DNA of 62,931 bases, filler included, from Asterionella formosa (taxonomy: Eukaryota), in the NCBI GenBank assembly GCA_002256025.1. It is 8 parts of 8 records of this genome, joined end to end, with 100 filler letters (N's around TTAATTAATTAA, not from the genome) between each part and the next. Parts side by side here need not be neighbours in the genome. Positions count along the whole stretch, not along the records: positions 37,809 to 38,975 come from NKIB01003941.1; positions 39,076 to 40,239 come from NKIB01003942.1; positions 40,340 to 41,505 come from NKIB01003943.1; positions 41,606 to 60,398 come from NKIB01003944.1; 4 more parts are not named here. One strand, written 5' to 3'. The notes beneath the pieces were generated by a model. That model worked only from the letters and a program-made list of their open reading frames with translations. It ran no database searches and was not told the origin of the DNA. Made by a program: the position numbers and the translations under genes. Numbering within the stretch: the first letter of the stretch is position 1; the number at the start of each line of letters is the position of its first letter. Shown here piece by piece: positions 37,809 through 49,847 of this stretch.

Positions 37809-38975
37809 TTCTTTGAGAGTCCCAAGAAAACCGCACGACGCGAACGAGGTTTCCATCTAGGAAGTTTCTTTCCATCCTGCATGGTAGAATCCAGGACATA
37901 CACGGGACTTCCCCATACTTGGAGATCATTGCATTTGTGGGTGGGCCATTTAGTGCCTGAGAAAATGTCAAGAGGTGCCAGGCCATTTTTCCTGTTAGGG
38001 AGATGATTATGAATGTACACAGCATAGTCAACAGCCATAGGCCAAAGGGTAGTATCAGCAGTGTCACACCAGCGGATGGCAGCATGCAGCATCATAGTTT
38101 GCGCCATAGACATAATGGTTTGAATGTTCCGCTCTGCAACACCATTATGATGATGAGCACCTACTCCAGCAAAGTGGCTGACTTGTTTGAAAGCTGCCAA
38201 TTCTGCAACATATTCCTTATCAGTGAAAGCCTTTCCATTGTCTGAAAGGTAAGATTGAACAATAACTCCAGAGTCACGAGCAGCAGCCTCAAATTTGTGT
38301 TTTGAAACAAGAGTTTCATGAGAGGTCAGAGAGACTTGATGTTCCACATGAACAAAACCGGAAGCATGGTCAACAAACAGACATCCTCCTGAGTACATTT
38401 GCTCTTGAACCGTTTTTCCTTTCGAATCATAGTGTTGTCCCTTAGTGTGACAAACAAAGTGATCGACTGAGACTTGCTGCCCTGGTAGGAGGTCTCCTTT
38501 CTTAAGTGCACCACAGCTTGATGGAACAGGTGTAGAAACACTGCTGGAAGTTGGTCGACGTTTTGCCTTTCCAAATTGGCAGGAGGCACAGCGAGGTAGG
38601 ACACAGTTGGATGCTGAACGGTGCAGATTCTTTTGCCCTTCACTTGTTGCAAGGGCTCCTGATCTCAACAGTAATTGTATTGATTCAAAGTGTAGATGGC
38701 CAAGACGAAAGTGCCAACGCAATAGTTCCTTCTGAGCTTCGGTTAGATTTTGATTGTTGGAATCGGTAACACAGAGGTTAAGCTCTTGAGCACAGCGATT
38801 GACATCCACTTCATTGTATCCATAGCTGATAGGAAGGTTGTTGTTGGTTGAGAAAGGGACAACAATGTCTGGTGCTCCACCTCCACAGATACGAATATGA
38901 TCAGACTCAACTTGACCATAGGCGGGAGTTTTAGATCCAACAAAACCTTGGATATAAGATTGCCAACTGAGGAGT
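37809..38975 (-). mobile_element. Ty1/copia (CoDi-like) integrase fragment
   Basis: WHFRLGH...CASC zinc finger, the VSVDH / LSDNG / NGVAER DDE triad, and WGSPVYVL...PRSRRAVFLG. Confidence 0.95.
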
Positions 38976-39075
38976 NNNNNNNNNNNNNNNNNNNNNNNNN
39001 NNNNNNNNNNNNNNNNNNNTTAATTAATTAANNNNNNNNNNNNNNNNNNNNNNNNNNNNNNNNNNNNNNNNNNNN

Positions 39076-40160
39076 CTGAACTACATCAGAATTATTGGAG
39101 TCATACCCATGATTCTCCAACTCTTCCAAATCCTTCCAAGCATTCTTGAGACGACTTTTATAGAGATCCAGAACATCTAGGATCTCTTTCTCGCGTCTTG
39201 GTGCTGCTGAAGACTGAAGCACTTGAAGTTTCACTGCATTTACTCGTTCAAAAAACTCTAATGCATTTGCCATTTGTACCGTAGAAGAGGAATGATGGGA
39301 CAAATTGGATGAGATAGATGAACATTTTCCTTTCTCCGAGCCAACAGTCTTTGATGATAAGGATGAAGATTTGGCACTATCATTACTTTCACGGAATGAT
39401 GATTTTGGAAGCAATGGAACAGCAAAATTGAGAAGGTGAGGAACTTGGCACAACCATAAATGGTAGTAATATATATAAGGTCGGCTTCCAACAAAATTAA
39501 CAAAGTCATCATGACTTCCTGACTCTTTGTTGTTCCTGTATGCAATTTGGTAATGATAATTAATGTACCCCATTGCCATAGAAAATTCGACAGAGGACAG
39601 AGTATCATACGTCTTTGGGTAACAACTGTCTATTCCCATTTGTTCCCAATAAGGATCTTGTGAAAATGCAAGATTATTGCTGTCATCATCTTCATCATCA
39701 AGGAATGTAGTTATGAGTCTATCGAAAATGTATTTGTGCCTGAATTTCCTTGTATCCAGGTCAGCCATAGTTGGAGGCTGACCAAGCATCAACACATCAC
39801 TTCTGTGTTGCTCACACATGTACACATTGATGACACGAAAATATGTGTTAGCACATGTAACACTGCTTGGAGGAGTTGATTTTGCTTCTGTAGCCTTTTT
39901 CTTTTTTGTTGCCTTCTTTGCAACAGGAGGAGAAAGAGGCAATGACTTGTCATCGTCATCACTGCTATTTTGCGAATTAAGAACATAGTCAGGGTCTTAG
40001 TCTGCTTCGTCTGGCTTCCCTTTCTGTGAACAATCAGATTCCATATCAACATTGCCACAACTCTTTTCTTCATCTTCAATAATAGATTCATCATTGTTCC
40101 TGTTGTTCCTGTTGTTCCTGTTGTTCCTGTTGTTCTGTTGTTCCTGTTGTTTGTTGTTCC

Positions 40161-40239
<79 letters not shown>
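39076..40239 (-). pseudogene. Poly-Gln/acidic protein with a SGSHDDF...YIYY motif, probably a Harbinger-type accessory gene
   Basis: The 304-aa ORF continues upstream through in-frame stops into QEQ/poly-Q. The family assignment is from recollected motif similarity only. Confidence 0.45.
40094..40239. repeat. (TTGTTCCTG)n then (TTG)n microsatellite; poly-Q on the minus strand
   Basis: Direct reading. It runs into the contig end. Confidence 0.98.
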
Positions 40240-40392
40240 NNNNNNNNNNNNNNNNNNNNNNNNNNNNNNNNNNNNNNNNNNNNTTAATTAATTAANNNNN
40301 NNNNNNNNNNNNNNNNNNNNNNNNNNNNNNNNNNNNNNNTCCTTCGCATTTCATGTACATTTCAGTCCATGTGTACGTTTCCCTGTAACTAC

Positions 40393-41505
40393 CTACGAAA
40401 TCAGCGAGGTTGATCCTCCCCGCCGAGCAAAGTCCATTGGTGATCCAACTTCACCATCATCACCCTCAAGCGGCATGTATTCGGCCAAGATTCCGCGAAC
40501 CTGGTCACGCATATCTTCCCGGGTTTTCTTGTAGTGCCAGGCAGCCAATGCACTAAACATGAAAATGACTAGGAACATGGACATAGCAAAAGTGTGTGTA
40601 GAAACCCCATTTTTCTGCGAACCTCCGTTACTTTTGCATTCTCCTCCTGCTTTGACGCACGATTCGGGATCAGTACATTTGTCACACTGCTGGCATATCA
40701 AAGGCTTAGTACCATCAGAAAATCCGGCACAAATGGCAGTAAAGATGTTTGTGACAGTCAAGGCCCCGCGAATAGCGGCAGTGTTGACAAAGGCCGTTGG
40801 AAGAACGACAACGCCACGTTCAGATTGCGTTGCAATCTCCAGATCCAAAAAGGCGTTTGCAGCATCCTTTGTCAATCCTCCACTGTCATTCATGCATCGT
40901 TCAATATTAGTACCGTCAACGCCAGAATGCTTGTAAGCGTCCTTGACACAGTCCTCGTTCTTGAAGTAATCAGGTGTGCTACAACGAGACATGAATTCTG
41001 CTACGTAGTTCCACCACTCTTTTCCTATTCCATCGTCTACACCGTAATGCTTCCAAATGCAAAGGCGGCGAAGGGACTCCTTAACCACATCGGCACCAGA
41101 AATACCCTTTTCCAAGTCATTGTCGGGGTCGGTCGCACAGTAACGTCCGTTGTTGGTACATAGGTTATAGCACATATTCACTCCATCTTTTCCCTGACAG
41201 TGAGATTTGATCCCGTCGTAAATATACATGTGAGGACTAAAGTAGGCAGATTTGCCAAGTTTGACAGCAACATCCTTGAAGTTCTTGAGAAAGTCCCTAC
41301 TAACCGGGTCGGTTGGGACGGTCCATAGATCGTATTCGACACGGTCATCGGGGTTTGGGAGAGCCCATACCATCTCAATCTGTACTGGATGGTCGGCGCG
41401 GAGTTCTGCCTTGACAGCGTCAGCGTCTTTTTTGAACATGAGAAACGATGGGATGGAAATGTCGGAACCTGAACCATCATCGGCCATGATTGGCTCCGAA
41501 GTCTC
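40393..41505 (-). CDS. Vacuolar sorting receptor (VSR/BP-80 family), 5'-truncated
   Basis: End of the PA domain (DISIPSFLM), RVEYDLW, CTNNGRYCATDP, a TM helix and the tail VRGILAEYMPL. Confidence 0.92.
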   Translation of the reverse strand, partial: ETSEPIMADDGSGSDISIPSFLMFKKDADAVKAELRADHPVQIEMVWALPNPDDRVEYDLWTVPTDPVSRDFLKNFKDVAVKLGKSAYFSPHMYIYDGIKSHCQGKDGVNMCYNLCTNNGRYCATDPDNDLEKGISGADVVKESLRRLCIWKHYGVDDGIGKEWWNYVAEFMSRCSTPDYFKNEDCVKDAYKHSGVDGTNIERCMNDSGGLTKDAANAFLDLEIATQSERGVVVLPTAFVNTAAIRGALTVTNIFTAICAGFSDGTKPLICQQCDKCTDPESCVKAGGECKSNGGSQKNGVSTHTFAMSMFLVIFMFSALAAWHYKKTREDMRDQVRGILAEYMPLEGDDGEVGSPMDFARRGGSTSLIS

Positions 41506-42330
41506 NNNNNNNNNNNNNNNNNNNNNNNNNNNNNNNNNNNNNNNNNNNNTTAATTAATTAANNNNNNNNNNNNNNNNNNNNNNNNNNNNNNNNNNNNNNN
41601 NNNNNCTAAACGGAAATAGACAGGATTTATATAGCAGAAGAATCTGCAGACGAGCGGCGTGAGAAAGATCTTGACCGGTCATTCCAGGGCAGTACTGGAG
41701 CGCGCTAGAGTAGCGCCATATATTTCAACAAGGATTAGGCTGGCTTCCCCAAGGGTCATTCAGAAAATCTATTCATATTCGCCTGCAAGTTCTACTCGTT
41801 GTCATCAATTTCTATTCTTAGTCAGGAGTTCTAAACGTAGGATGATTCTTATGCATTTGTATTCTGAAGCAAGAAGACGGTTTGCCTGCCAAACAAGTTG
41901 ATCCAAGTCGTGTTCCGAGTTTTATTCTGCAAGTCGTCATCCGTCTACAAGAGGAATGTTTTCCAAAATTACTTAAGGAAACTTGTTTCTATCGAAAGCT
42001 GGCCTATCTCGTCCGGCAGGCATGGGGTGAATCATTGGGAGTGAATTGTAACTGAAAAGGTGCACATAAAAAGAACATGCGCTACTACCTTGTGGGCAGA
42101 TGCATACCGGTATGTAAGTAGGCAGTTCATAAGATATATAAATATACCGAGGTTACAAAAACTTCGATATTAACCCTTACAATTAGTTTCCTATGTAGTG
42201 TAGCGGTAAATGGATATAAAAAAGTCATTTCGCCCATAATTTTCTTCATTGCGTTAGCACAATAAAGCCGTTCATTGTTGGCTGCGCGTTATACAAATTG
42301 GATCGACATGCCTCGCTTCCCTGTGACAGC

Positions 42331-44253
42331 ATGATCGTTGATACTGCTGACGATCGATCTCTCATGTTCATGAGTGATTTTCGGACAAACAGTAAGGAGG
42401 ACTACAGAAATCCATATACGCTCCAACGAGCCCCGACATGCCTGAAACTCCCACGATGGAAGACTGTTGCGCTCGCCTTATTTGGGCTTTCGATTGGATT
42501 TTTGATGGGCCTAGATGGATCCAGCGCCACAAAAAATAAGCGAATGGACACAATCGAAGAGCAGAAGGGCGTCACCACAAGGGTAGGACTTGCGACTACA
42601 CCATTGGAGATGCTGGGACTGGTTCGCAAGAGAAAGCGCTTTATTCTAGAGGAGCTGAGAGCCGAATATGGTGATTATGCGGCCAGCTTGATCGATAGAA
42701 ACAATTTGGCCAATATTTTTCAGGTATCTGAAGCTTCGAGACATCGATTTCATCGTAGGATACTTGAAAAAATCTTGACAAGGCAGTTGCAACCTTCGCT
42801 GACCGTTTCAATAAAATGGGTTTCTGCCGGGGATGCTTCTGCAGCTGGGTATGGAAATATGCCAGAAGATTCATATACGACGATCATGGAGAGAACAGTC
42901 CAAGAGGCTTTTGCAACCGTTGGCTTGGAATTTGTCGCCGTCAATCTTGGAATAGACGGCTTTGGGTCAGGATTAGAAGGAGCGTTGTGTATGGACTCGT
43001 TGTATGGACTTGACGTAGATTTTCTCAGCTGGGATTTTGCTTCTACCGATGGAAGTCAAAGCTATCGGGCTGCTTTATGGGGAGTGCGAGCTGAAAGGCA
43101 TCCAAATCACCCGTTGCTGGTTATGTTGGACTCAAATGACTCATCCCGATGGGGACGATTGAACCGAATGGATGGTAGAGTTGGCATTGCTCTGATGGAT
43201 CAATTGGCACTTCAATCATTTAGACTAAAATATTTACCTGACAGTGCTCGGTTCACTAATCCAGAGCAATTACCTCCTGCTTTGCAATACTATCAGTGCA
43301 ACGGAGCGCCTGAAGGTATCGTTGATTGTAACAACGACGCAAGTCATTTCATATGTGTGGATGGGAAGGGCGAACAATGTCAGAGACATAAATTCCGACC
43401 CAATCTGCCTTGCAAATATCAAGAATATCATTCCCCTTGGATAAAAGGTTGGAAAGAACACCGTCTACGGGGACGACTGTTGGGCTTGTTTCTGTTTCAA
43501 CTATTGCAGGATGCCCTCCTGGAGCTCGATGCAACAATTAAGGACCTGAATACACCAGTGCATCAAAGTGCGCACCAAATGATAGATCTATATCGTCAGA
43601 AAAAGTTCCAAGATGAAATCTTGACTGAGAATTCGCCAATATCACCTGAAATCCTTGGCCAACATGCGGAAGTTATGTCTGACCTCGTTTCGCCCTTATT
43701 TGAGCGACCAGCTCGTTGTCAATTACCAGATACAATTTTTGATCGGCATATACATGAAAATAAAAAGCAGCGAAATCTACAAGACAACACAACTAGTATA
43801 GTTACAATCAATGGAGGGGATTGCCCTTTTGTTGGGTTTGGACATCGAGAAGCCTTCCAAGTCGTCAAGAATTCCCAAGCGGAGGGCTTTCGTCTCGATG
43901 TAGTGCCTCAAGATCCAGCAGGTTCATTCCTGATTGCATGCTTTCGGACATGTACTGTAGCTGGTTGCTACAAAGTCATGGATGGCCTTGATAGTGTCAA
44001 GATTGCAAATGGAAACATCCTGATTGAAGTGGACGGGGCAAAAGTCACTGGATCCAGGGAAATGGATTCTTGCCATTTCTTAGAGGGAGTGCACGGTTTA
44101 CATTGGGCGACTGAGAAGAAAGGATATTTTTCAATAAAGTTTCATGCGAAAGAAGAAGGCGGATCATTATTGTTATTTTCTGTGATTTCCATGCAAATAT
44201 CAGCTGAATTTTCTTTCTCAGAAAGAAGAAGGCACCATCAAGTACCGAAATAA
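42331..44253 (+). CDS. Type II membrane protein with an SGNH-like luminal domain
   Basis: About 640-aa ORF. N-terminal TM (VALALFGLSIGFLMGL), then AGDASAAGYGN, YGLDVDFLSWDF and Cys-rich segments. Confidence 0.7.
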   Translation: MIVDTADDRSLMFMSDFRTNSKEDYRNPYTLQRAPTCLKLPRWKTVALALFGLSIGFLMGLDGSSATKNKRMDTIEEQKGVTTRVGLATTPLEMLGLVRKRKRFILEELRAEYGDYAASLIDRNNLANIFQVSEASRHRFHRRILEKILTRQLQPSLTVSIKWVSAGDASAAGYGNMPEDSYTTIMERTVQEAFATVGLEFVAVNLGIDGFGSGLEGALCMDSLYGLDVDFLSWDFASTDGSQSYRAALWGVRAERHPNHPLLVMLDSNDSSRWGRLNRMDGRVGIALMDQLALQSFRLKYLPDSARFTNPEQLPPALQYYQCNGAPEGIVDCNNDASHFICVDGKGEQCQRHKFRPNLPCKYQEYHSPWIKGWKEHRLRGRLLGLFLFQLLQDALLELDATIKDLNTPVHQSAHQMIDLYRQKKFQDEILTENSPISPEILGQHAEVMSDLVSPLFERPARCQLPDTIFDRHIHENKKQRNLQDNTTSIVTINGGDCPFVGFGHREAFQVVKNSQAEGFRLDVVPQDPAGSFLIACFRTCTVAGCYKVMDGLDSVKIANGNILIEVDGAKVTGSREMDSCHFLEGVHGLHWATEKKGYFSIKFHAKEEGGSLLLFSVISMQISAEFSFSERRRHHQVPK

Positions 44254-44364
44254 ATTTTTTTCGTCGTAGTTGCTGAGTTTTCTCTTCAATCACACGGTTA
44301 AATACTAGAAATTTTAGCTATAGCACAATAAAATACTTTACCCCTCCTTGAGTAAGGAGAGAGG

Positions 44365-45570
44365 TTAGTTGCAGGCATCTGCAGAACTCCCCATTTCGAC
44401 AAGAGATCGTCTGGAGGCACAACCAGCAAGACACCCTTGAGGAAAGGAGGAATCATCCTTCGGCGGTAGCGGCTTTTCGCCGAAACTCCACTGGCACTCT
44501 TGAGTGACGAAATTGGGGCTCACGGTTAAGGCAAGACCTAGCTCGTCCTGAAAGAACTGTTGAGCCGGCAACTTGCATTGATGCAAGCAGAGTCCCTTAC
44601 ATCCACTCTCTTGTAGAAATTTACATTTCTCCACAACAAGCCCACCCAGATTTCCATCTTTGCGCCGGTTTGGTTTCGATGGGCCTACCAAAAATCCAAA
44701 AAAGGTGGGAGTAACAAATGATGTGAGAAATGGAGCATAGAACCATGGTCCAATCTGCTTGCCGTCAAAGTCGGTTCCAAGCTTTGGAACTATGCCCGAC
44801 ATGAAGATACGATAAAAAGGTGGCAAAACTGGAGTCATCAATCCCCCAAGAGTATCTGAGACCATCTTATGTTGTGCCTCTGGCGTTTGCCCTGGTTGCA
44901 ACATAAACGTGCGTCCCTGTTCCAACAATCCATTGATTCCTTCCTTGGGACTTGACACGCCTCCCGTATTCGTTTCGACCAAGTTGCGAAAAATTTTGAG
45001 CAAAATCTGGTCCAACAACGATTCGCTGTATTTCATATTTTCCAGCTCACAATCTGCCACGAGAGGCATCCCTCCTGACATAGTCACGACTGGAAGAGCC
45101 TTCTTGTTGAACGGCACATCTTGTATATTTGGAAGATCCATTCTTGGAATCCTACTTGGGCTAAGAAAAGAAGCTGTAGCGACATACGATTCATAATCCC
45201 TTTTCATCATTTTCACCAAGAGTTCGTATCTGTTGAATTCAAGAACTTTCTTACGAATTTGCAACTGTTCTGACAGAAGGAATGGACCAGGCTTCGTTCC
45301 AGTTTCATCCAGAGCATCGCAGACTCTAACGATATCTTCTGGAGTTACTTCATCTTTCTTGAAAATCATTCCGAACGCCAGTTTTCCGCATTCAAAGACT
45401 TCGTTCAACTCCTCCTTGATTCTATTTCCCATCAGGTCAACTTCATTCGAGGCGGTGGATCCACAACGCGACGTTCTCGTCGGCTTTCTCGATGATATTG
45501 TGCAACTAAAAGCCGTGATGGTTCTCGAGACGATGACCAAAATGGTACTAGCAACGAGAAGATACTTCAT
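44365..45570 (-). CDS. Beta-carotene isomerase D27-like (DUF4033), probably plastid-targeted
   Basis: FFGFLVGP, VEKCKFLQESGCKGLCLHQCKLPAQQFF and PNF...CQWSFG. Signal peptide followed by TA-F and a Ser/Thr/Arg-rich transit peptide. Confidence 0.88.
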   Translation of the reverse strand: MKYLLVASTILVIVSRTITAFSCTISSRKPTRTSRCGSTASNEVDLMGNRIKEELNEVFECGKLAFGMIFKKDEVTPEDIVRVCDALDETGTKPGPFLLSEQLQIRKKVLEFNRYELLVKMMKRDYESYVATASFLSPSRIPRMDLPNIQDVPFNKKALPVVTMSGGMPLVADCELENMKYSESLLDQILLKIFRNLVETNTGGVSSPKEGINGLLEQGRTFMLQPGQTPEAQHKMVSDTLGGLMTPVLPPFYRIFMSGIVPKLGTDFDGKQIGPWFYAPFLTSFVTPTFFGFLVGPSKPNRRKDGNLGGLVVEKCKFLQESGCKGLCLHQCKLPAQQFFQDELGLALTVSPNFVTQECQWSFGEKPLPPKDDSSFPQGCLAGCASRRSLVEMGSSADACN

Positions 45571-45786
45571 GACTGCGGTGTTGAAATGGATCGGAGCTTG
45601 GAGGGAGAAAGGGATGTGGAAGTGAGGTTACTATTTATTCTGCACGTGCGTCACGTCATTTTCATTATCAGCCATCAAGGAGGAGATCATACGATTACAT
45701 AAATATATTGCCGGGACCGGCACAACACTTCCGCCAACTTTTGTTCTGCATGTATATATAATATACACAGTACCTGGTACAGTACT

Positions 45787-47219
45787 GGGCGCGCTCTAAA
45801 AATAAAAAATTATTATATCATGTGTATTGTGTATTATAACACAAATCGTTGTACCCATAACCCCAAAATGTGTGTTTGTGTTGACCAAATTTGGTAAACC
45901 TGGTAAGCACCTCGAAACACAAATTTTTTACAGTTATAAATAACCGTGCATTATATAAAAAGATGTTTAGGCATGAATTACTATATAGAATTTCCCGGAA
46001 TATTTCAAGACTTGCTTGCTCATACTCAAAATGGCTTGCTCTTGCCAAAATGGGTATGCTTATACATATGCATATCGTTACATATCAATCAACCTCCTCA
46101 ATACAACGATTGTCATCGCTTTTAGATTTCGACCATGTCTTCATCTTCTCCTGGTCAAAGGAGAGCAGCCAGGGAGGGCTTCCCTTCCTCTCCAAGGCTG
46201 CTTGAACATCGCCGTCACCGTCACCAACAAGAACAACAACAGACTCAACCAGAAGAAGAAGAGGAGGACAACAACGAGAATGAAGATTACACTGCTGGTG
46301 CTGATGAGTTTGCCAGCAATGATGAGGACAGTAGGATGGGTGTCCCAGGTGTTTCTCAGATTGCTCCCCAACAATTTGTTATAAGTGGGTATTTCTGATT
46401 GATCATGGTTGCAAACAAGGTGGCTTCGTCTGCAGTAGGCAGTCTCACAACGGCATCTTCATGTGTCAGCAGTACTTTTACAATCATTCGCCTTGAAAAC
46501 CTCAACCAAACACTCAAAGAACCATGAGTTAATCCGAAAATAATCTGAAGAATCATATAGGAACCATGAGTCCTGGTCCATGCTAACCCAAGCGCTAGAC
46601 AACTAATGGAACAGAGGTATCTTTGCCGACCTTTCTTGGTTGATGAATTTCTAAAAATGAAATCCGTATTTTTCCTACAGGGAGTAAAGGAATAAAAACA
46701 AGGTTTGAACAGCTGGTGTAGGAGCTCGAAAGAAGCATGGTCAAACCAACACAAGGTAATCAAAGCATCATCAGCCATGTTTGCTGTTGAACAAAGTCCA
46801 GAATGGACTTGATAATCATGGATGCTGTAGTGTGTGGCAACGGATTTTGCCACTTCTTCTGACCTCATCAACAGTCAAACTTTCCCTGAACAATGACGTC
46901 TTATTTACTGGTGGATAGCACATTGCTAACAGTAGCAATGTGATCATAATGTCATCATCATCATCATAAGGAAACGAGATGAAAGTCGACATGGTCAGTG
47001 ACTGACAATGATGACTATATGTAGCTAACTCATGCATATAATGAACAAGAGGCGGCATAGCATACAAGAGGATGCATTGATATGAAAATTTAACTGTTGA
47101 AAATTAAAGTTAAAAATATATCTAATGTCAGAGAAGTAATCTAAAATATCTCTAATATCAAAGCGCAAAGACGATATTATGTAGCAGATCGCCAGAATAA
47201 TTTGTGTTACAATACGCCC
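45787..47219 (-). mobile_element. Pangu-like transposon copy 2, internally deleted, ACT/ACT TSD
   Basis: GGGCGCGCTCT left end and a partly deleted ...CGCCC right end. ACT at 45784-45786 and 47220-47222. Convergent ORF2 (+) and transposase (-) stubs are fused near 46362. Confidence 0.9.
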
Positions 47220-47660
47220 ACTATTTATTACTATTAGTAGTTGGTACCAGGTAATACCTCGTTGGATCTTTACATATGTATTAGATACGTTGTTGCAACG
47301 TACGTACCGGTTGTAGAGTCTACGCACCGTGCATTGTACTGGTACCTGATCTTCGTGTTATCTATCCTGAATAATATTTATTTAGTCTACTAATTATCTA
47401 GTAGCTAATAATCTGATTTGAATCTATTTCAGTCGTCCAGAACAAAACCAACGAAGCAAGCAAAGAATCCATCCTCAGTTTCGTCGCTGAAGCTGTTGCT
47501 CTTTCCTACCACAGTTTTCTACAATATATGTAACTGGATCCCTCCCAATAGAGCATAGCTATTATATATATTTTTGATGAAGCGCAAAGACAATGACATC
47601 CGCAAGCAGGTGGCACGGAACGGACATTGTCGAGCTCTGCAACAGCATCATTGCCGACTG

Positions 47661-49233
47661 ATGGCAAATCAAGTAGGATTCCTGGTGGCTGCTCTGATAT
47701 TGATCGCCCCTTCCATCGACGCATGGTCAGCGGCCTCGACTGCTTTGACGCGTCACTCGCCGCTCTTTAACGCAAGACCAGACAAACGAGAGGACTTTAA
47801 AACAGAGGAGCCGAGTTCGGGGTGGCTGGGATGGATGACTGCGGGAGGTTCAAAGCCACGTGGATTCGCCGATGTGTACATGAGAGACCCAGAAGAACTT
47901 GGAGGAGTGGCTAGAAGCTCGCGATACTCATCCAGAGACTGGTGGCATAATACGATCTCTCTTCCAAGTTCGGGGATTCTGAGAGACATTCGCTTTCCAG
48001 TTGTTTCCATGACTTCCTGGGCGTCCTTTGTTTCGATACTTTACCTCAACTTGCTACATAATGGGCATGCCAAAATAGCGAACCTAATGTGTGTGCCTTC
48101 AACACCGCACTCGCTCATGGTCAGTGCGTTAGGTTTGCTATTGGTGTTTAGGACCAATTCGGCGTATCAACGGTTTGCGGTATGTAGCCAATGAATGCCA
48201 ATATGCTCAAGAATAATCCAAGCACTTACCCAATCAATCGTTCTTTATATTTCCTTCGTCGATACAGGAGGGACGCAAAATTTGGGAAGAAATTGTCAAT
48301 TCATCACGTGATTTATATAGAATGTGCATGCTCTATGAAGGCCAAATAACTATCGAGAAACGGCGTCGAATTCAACGATTACTAGCTGCCTTCCCCTATC
48401 TACTACGGCACCGAATCAGACCGGACTTGGTCATGCGTCGTGTTGACGATGAAGACCATGAACGTGATCCCGAACACTCCATTATTTTGTACCAAGATGC
48501 TGCGGCGATCGACAATGACATTGAGGCAGCAGCTGTTGCAACTGCGGAAGAAGAGACTGGGATGTCACGACGAAAGACCCGACAATTGTATTGGGTCGAT
48601 AAGCGAACGCTGCCATGGCGATTGTTGCCGTCAGGTGCACTGGCGAAGTGTGCAAGGGCACAAAACAGACCTTTGTGGGTATGTGATCGTATGGCACAAG
48701 AACTATGCACAGTACCCGATGGGCCGAATTTTACCAACCGGGAACGAGTGACGTTGATTTCTCATGTAGAAAAGTTAAGTCGGTGCATCGGAGCATGTGA
48801 ACGAATCCACCAAACAGTAGTGCCCCTGAATTATGCAAGGCATTCACTAAGATCCTTGTCTTTGTGGCTGCTCAGTTTACCATTTGCACTGATGAAGGAT
48901 CTCGGACTCCTTACTGCGCCAGTCCTTTTTCTGGTATCGTGGTTGCTTTTCGGCGTTTACGAGATTGGTTATAGTATTGAAGATCCCTTTCAAGGAACAC
49001 TGCGACTTTCTATTTTGTGCGACACAATCCGAAGGGATGTTCTTGGTGATGAGCTCATCCGCATAACAGCGTTCCAACTCGAACCAGACATTGGCGGGGA
49101 AGAAGAAAAATATGATGATGACGACGACAGTGAAGGCGGAGACGAAGACGACGACGACGACAACCCCACACACTACAAAAAGAAAAGACGAGTCAACGGG
49201 GAAAAGTCCTTCAACCGTTGGCCTGGAATATAA
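47661..49233 (+). CDS. Bestrophin-like (UPF0187/VCCN-BST type) anion channel, probably plastid-targeted; exons 47661-48179 and 48268-49233
   Basis: LGLLLVFRTNSAYQRFAEGRKIW across an in-frame GTATGT...CAG intron, CERIHQTVVPLNYARH and EIGYSIEDPF. Signal peptide with a DA-W cleavage motif. Confidence 0.92.
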
Positions 49234-49847
49234 ATCAAGGGCCCATGTTACACTGAGTTGCTTGAAGCTTTCACACCCACCCCTTGCAGGCTTCTGGGTA
49301 GTTGTCGTGTGTAATGAAAGGAGTTAATTACTTTTTTCACGATCGTTCAACATTTAATATCGTTAAAAAAATATTTCTCGATGTATTAGTTAGTGTTGAT
49401 CCCAATGATATGCTCAATATGGGGTCTAGATATAGGGAACATTGTGAAATAGTCACATCGCCACTAGGTGGACATCAAACAATGTTTGCCCAGAAAGTTG
49501 GACTTCAATTGTTGGAAATTCCACCCAATCACATGACCACTTTCCACACATTCTTGGGTGCTTCTTTTCTTGAAATATAATTTATGCATTATATAAACAT
49601 CATGGCCTCTCCGACAAACCTTTTGTGGGGAGGAGTGCTCACACTCTTTACCACGTTTCATAGGGCAAAAATGGTGTTTGTGTCCTATGACAAATAACAG
49701 TTATGTTCTGGTGGTCTCCTTTGTACCGGTATATATTCGCCTACTCTGTATTAAATTTAATTTTTGCATGTTGTTACGTTTGTGTTCTTATTACAATGTT
49801 CGACTCACAATCATTGTGAGCTAATCTCTAATAATGAAATGCTATGA

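Noticed and set aside
40052..40291. Poly-Leu membrane protein ORF
   Set aside because: It is the antisense reading of the CAA microsatellite and runs into Ns.
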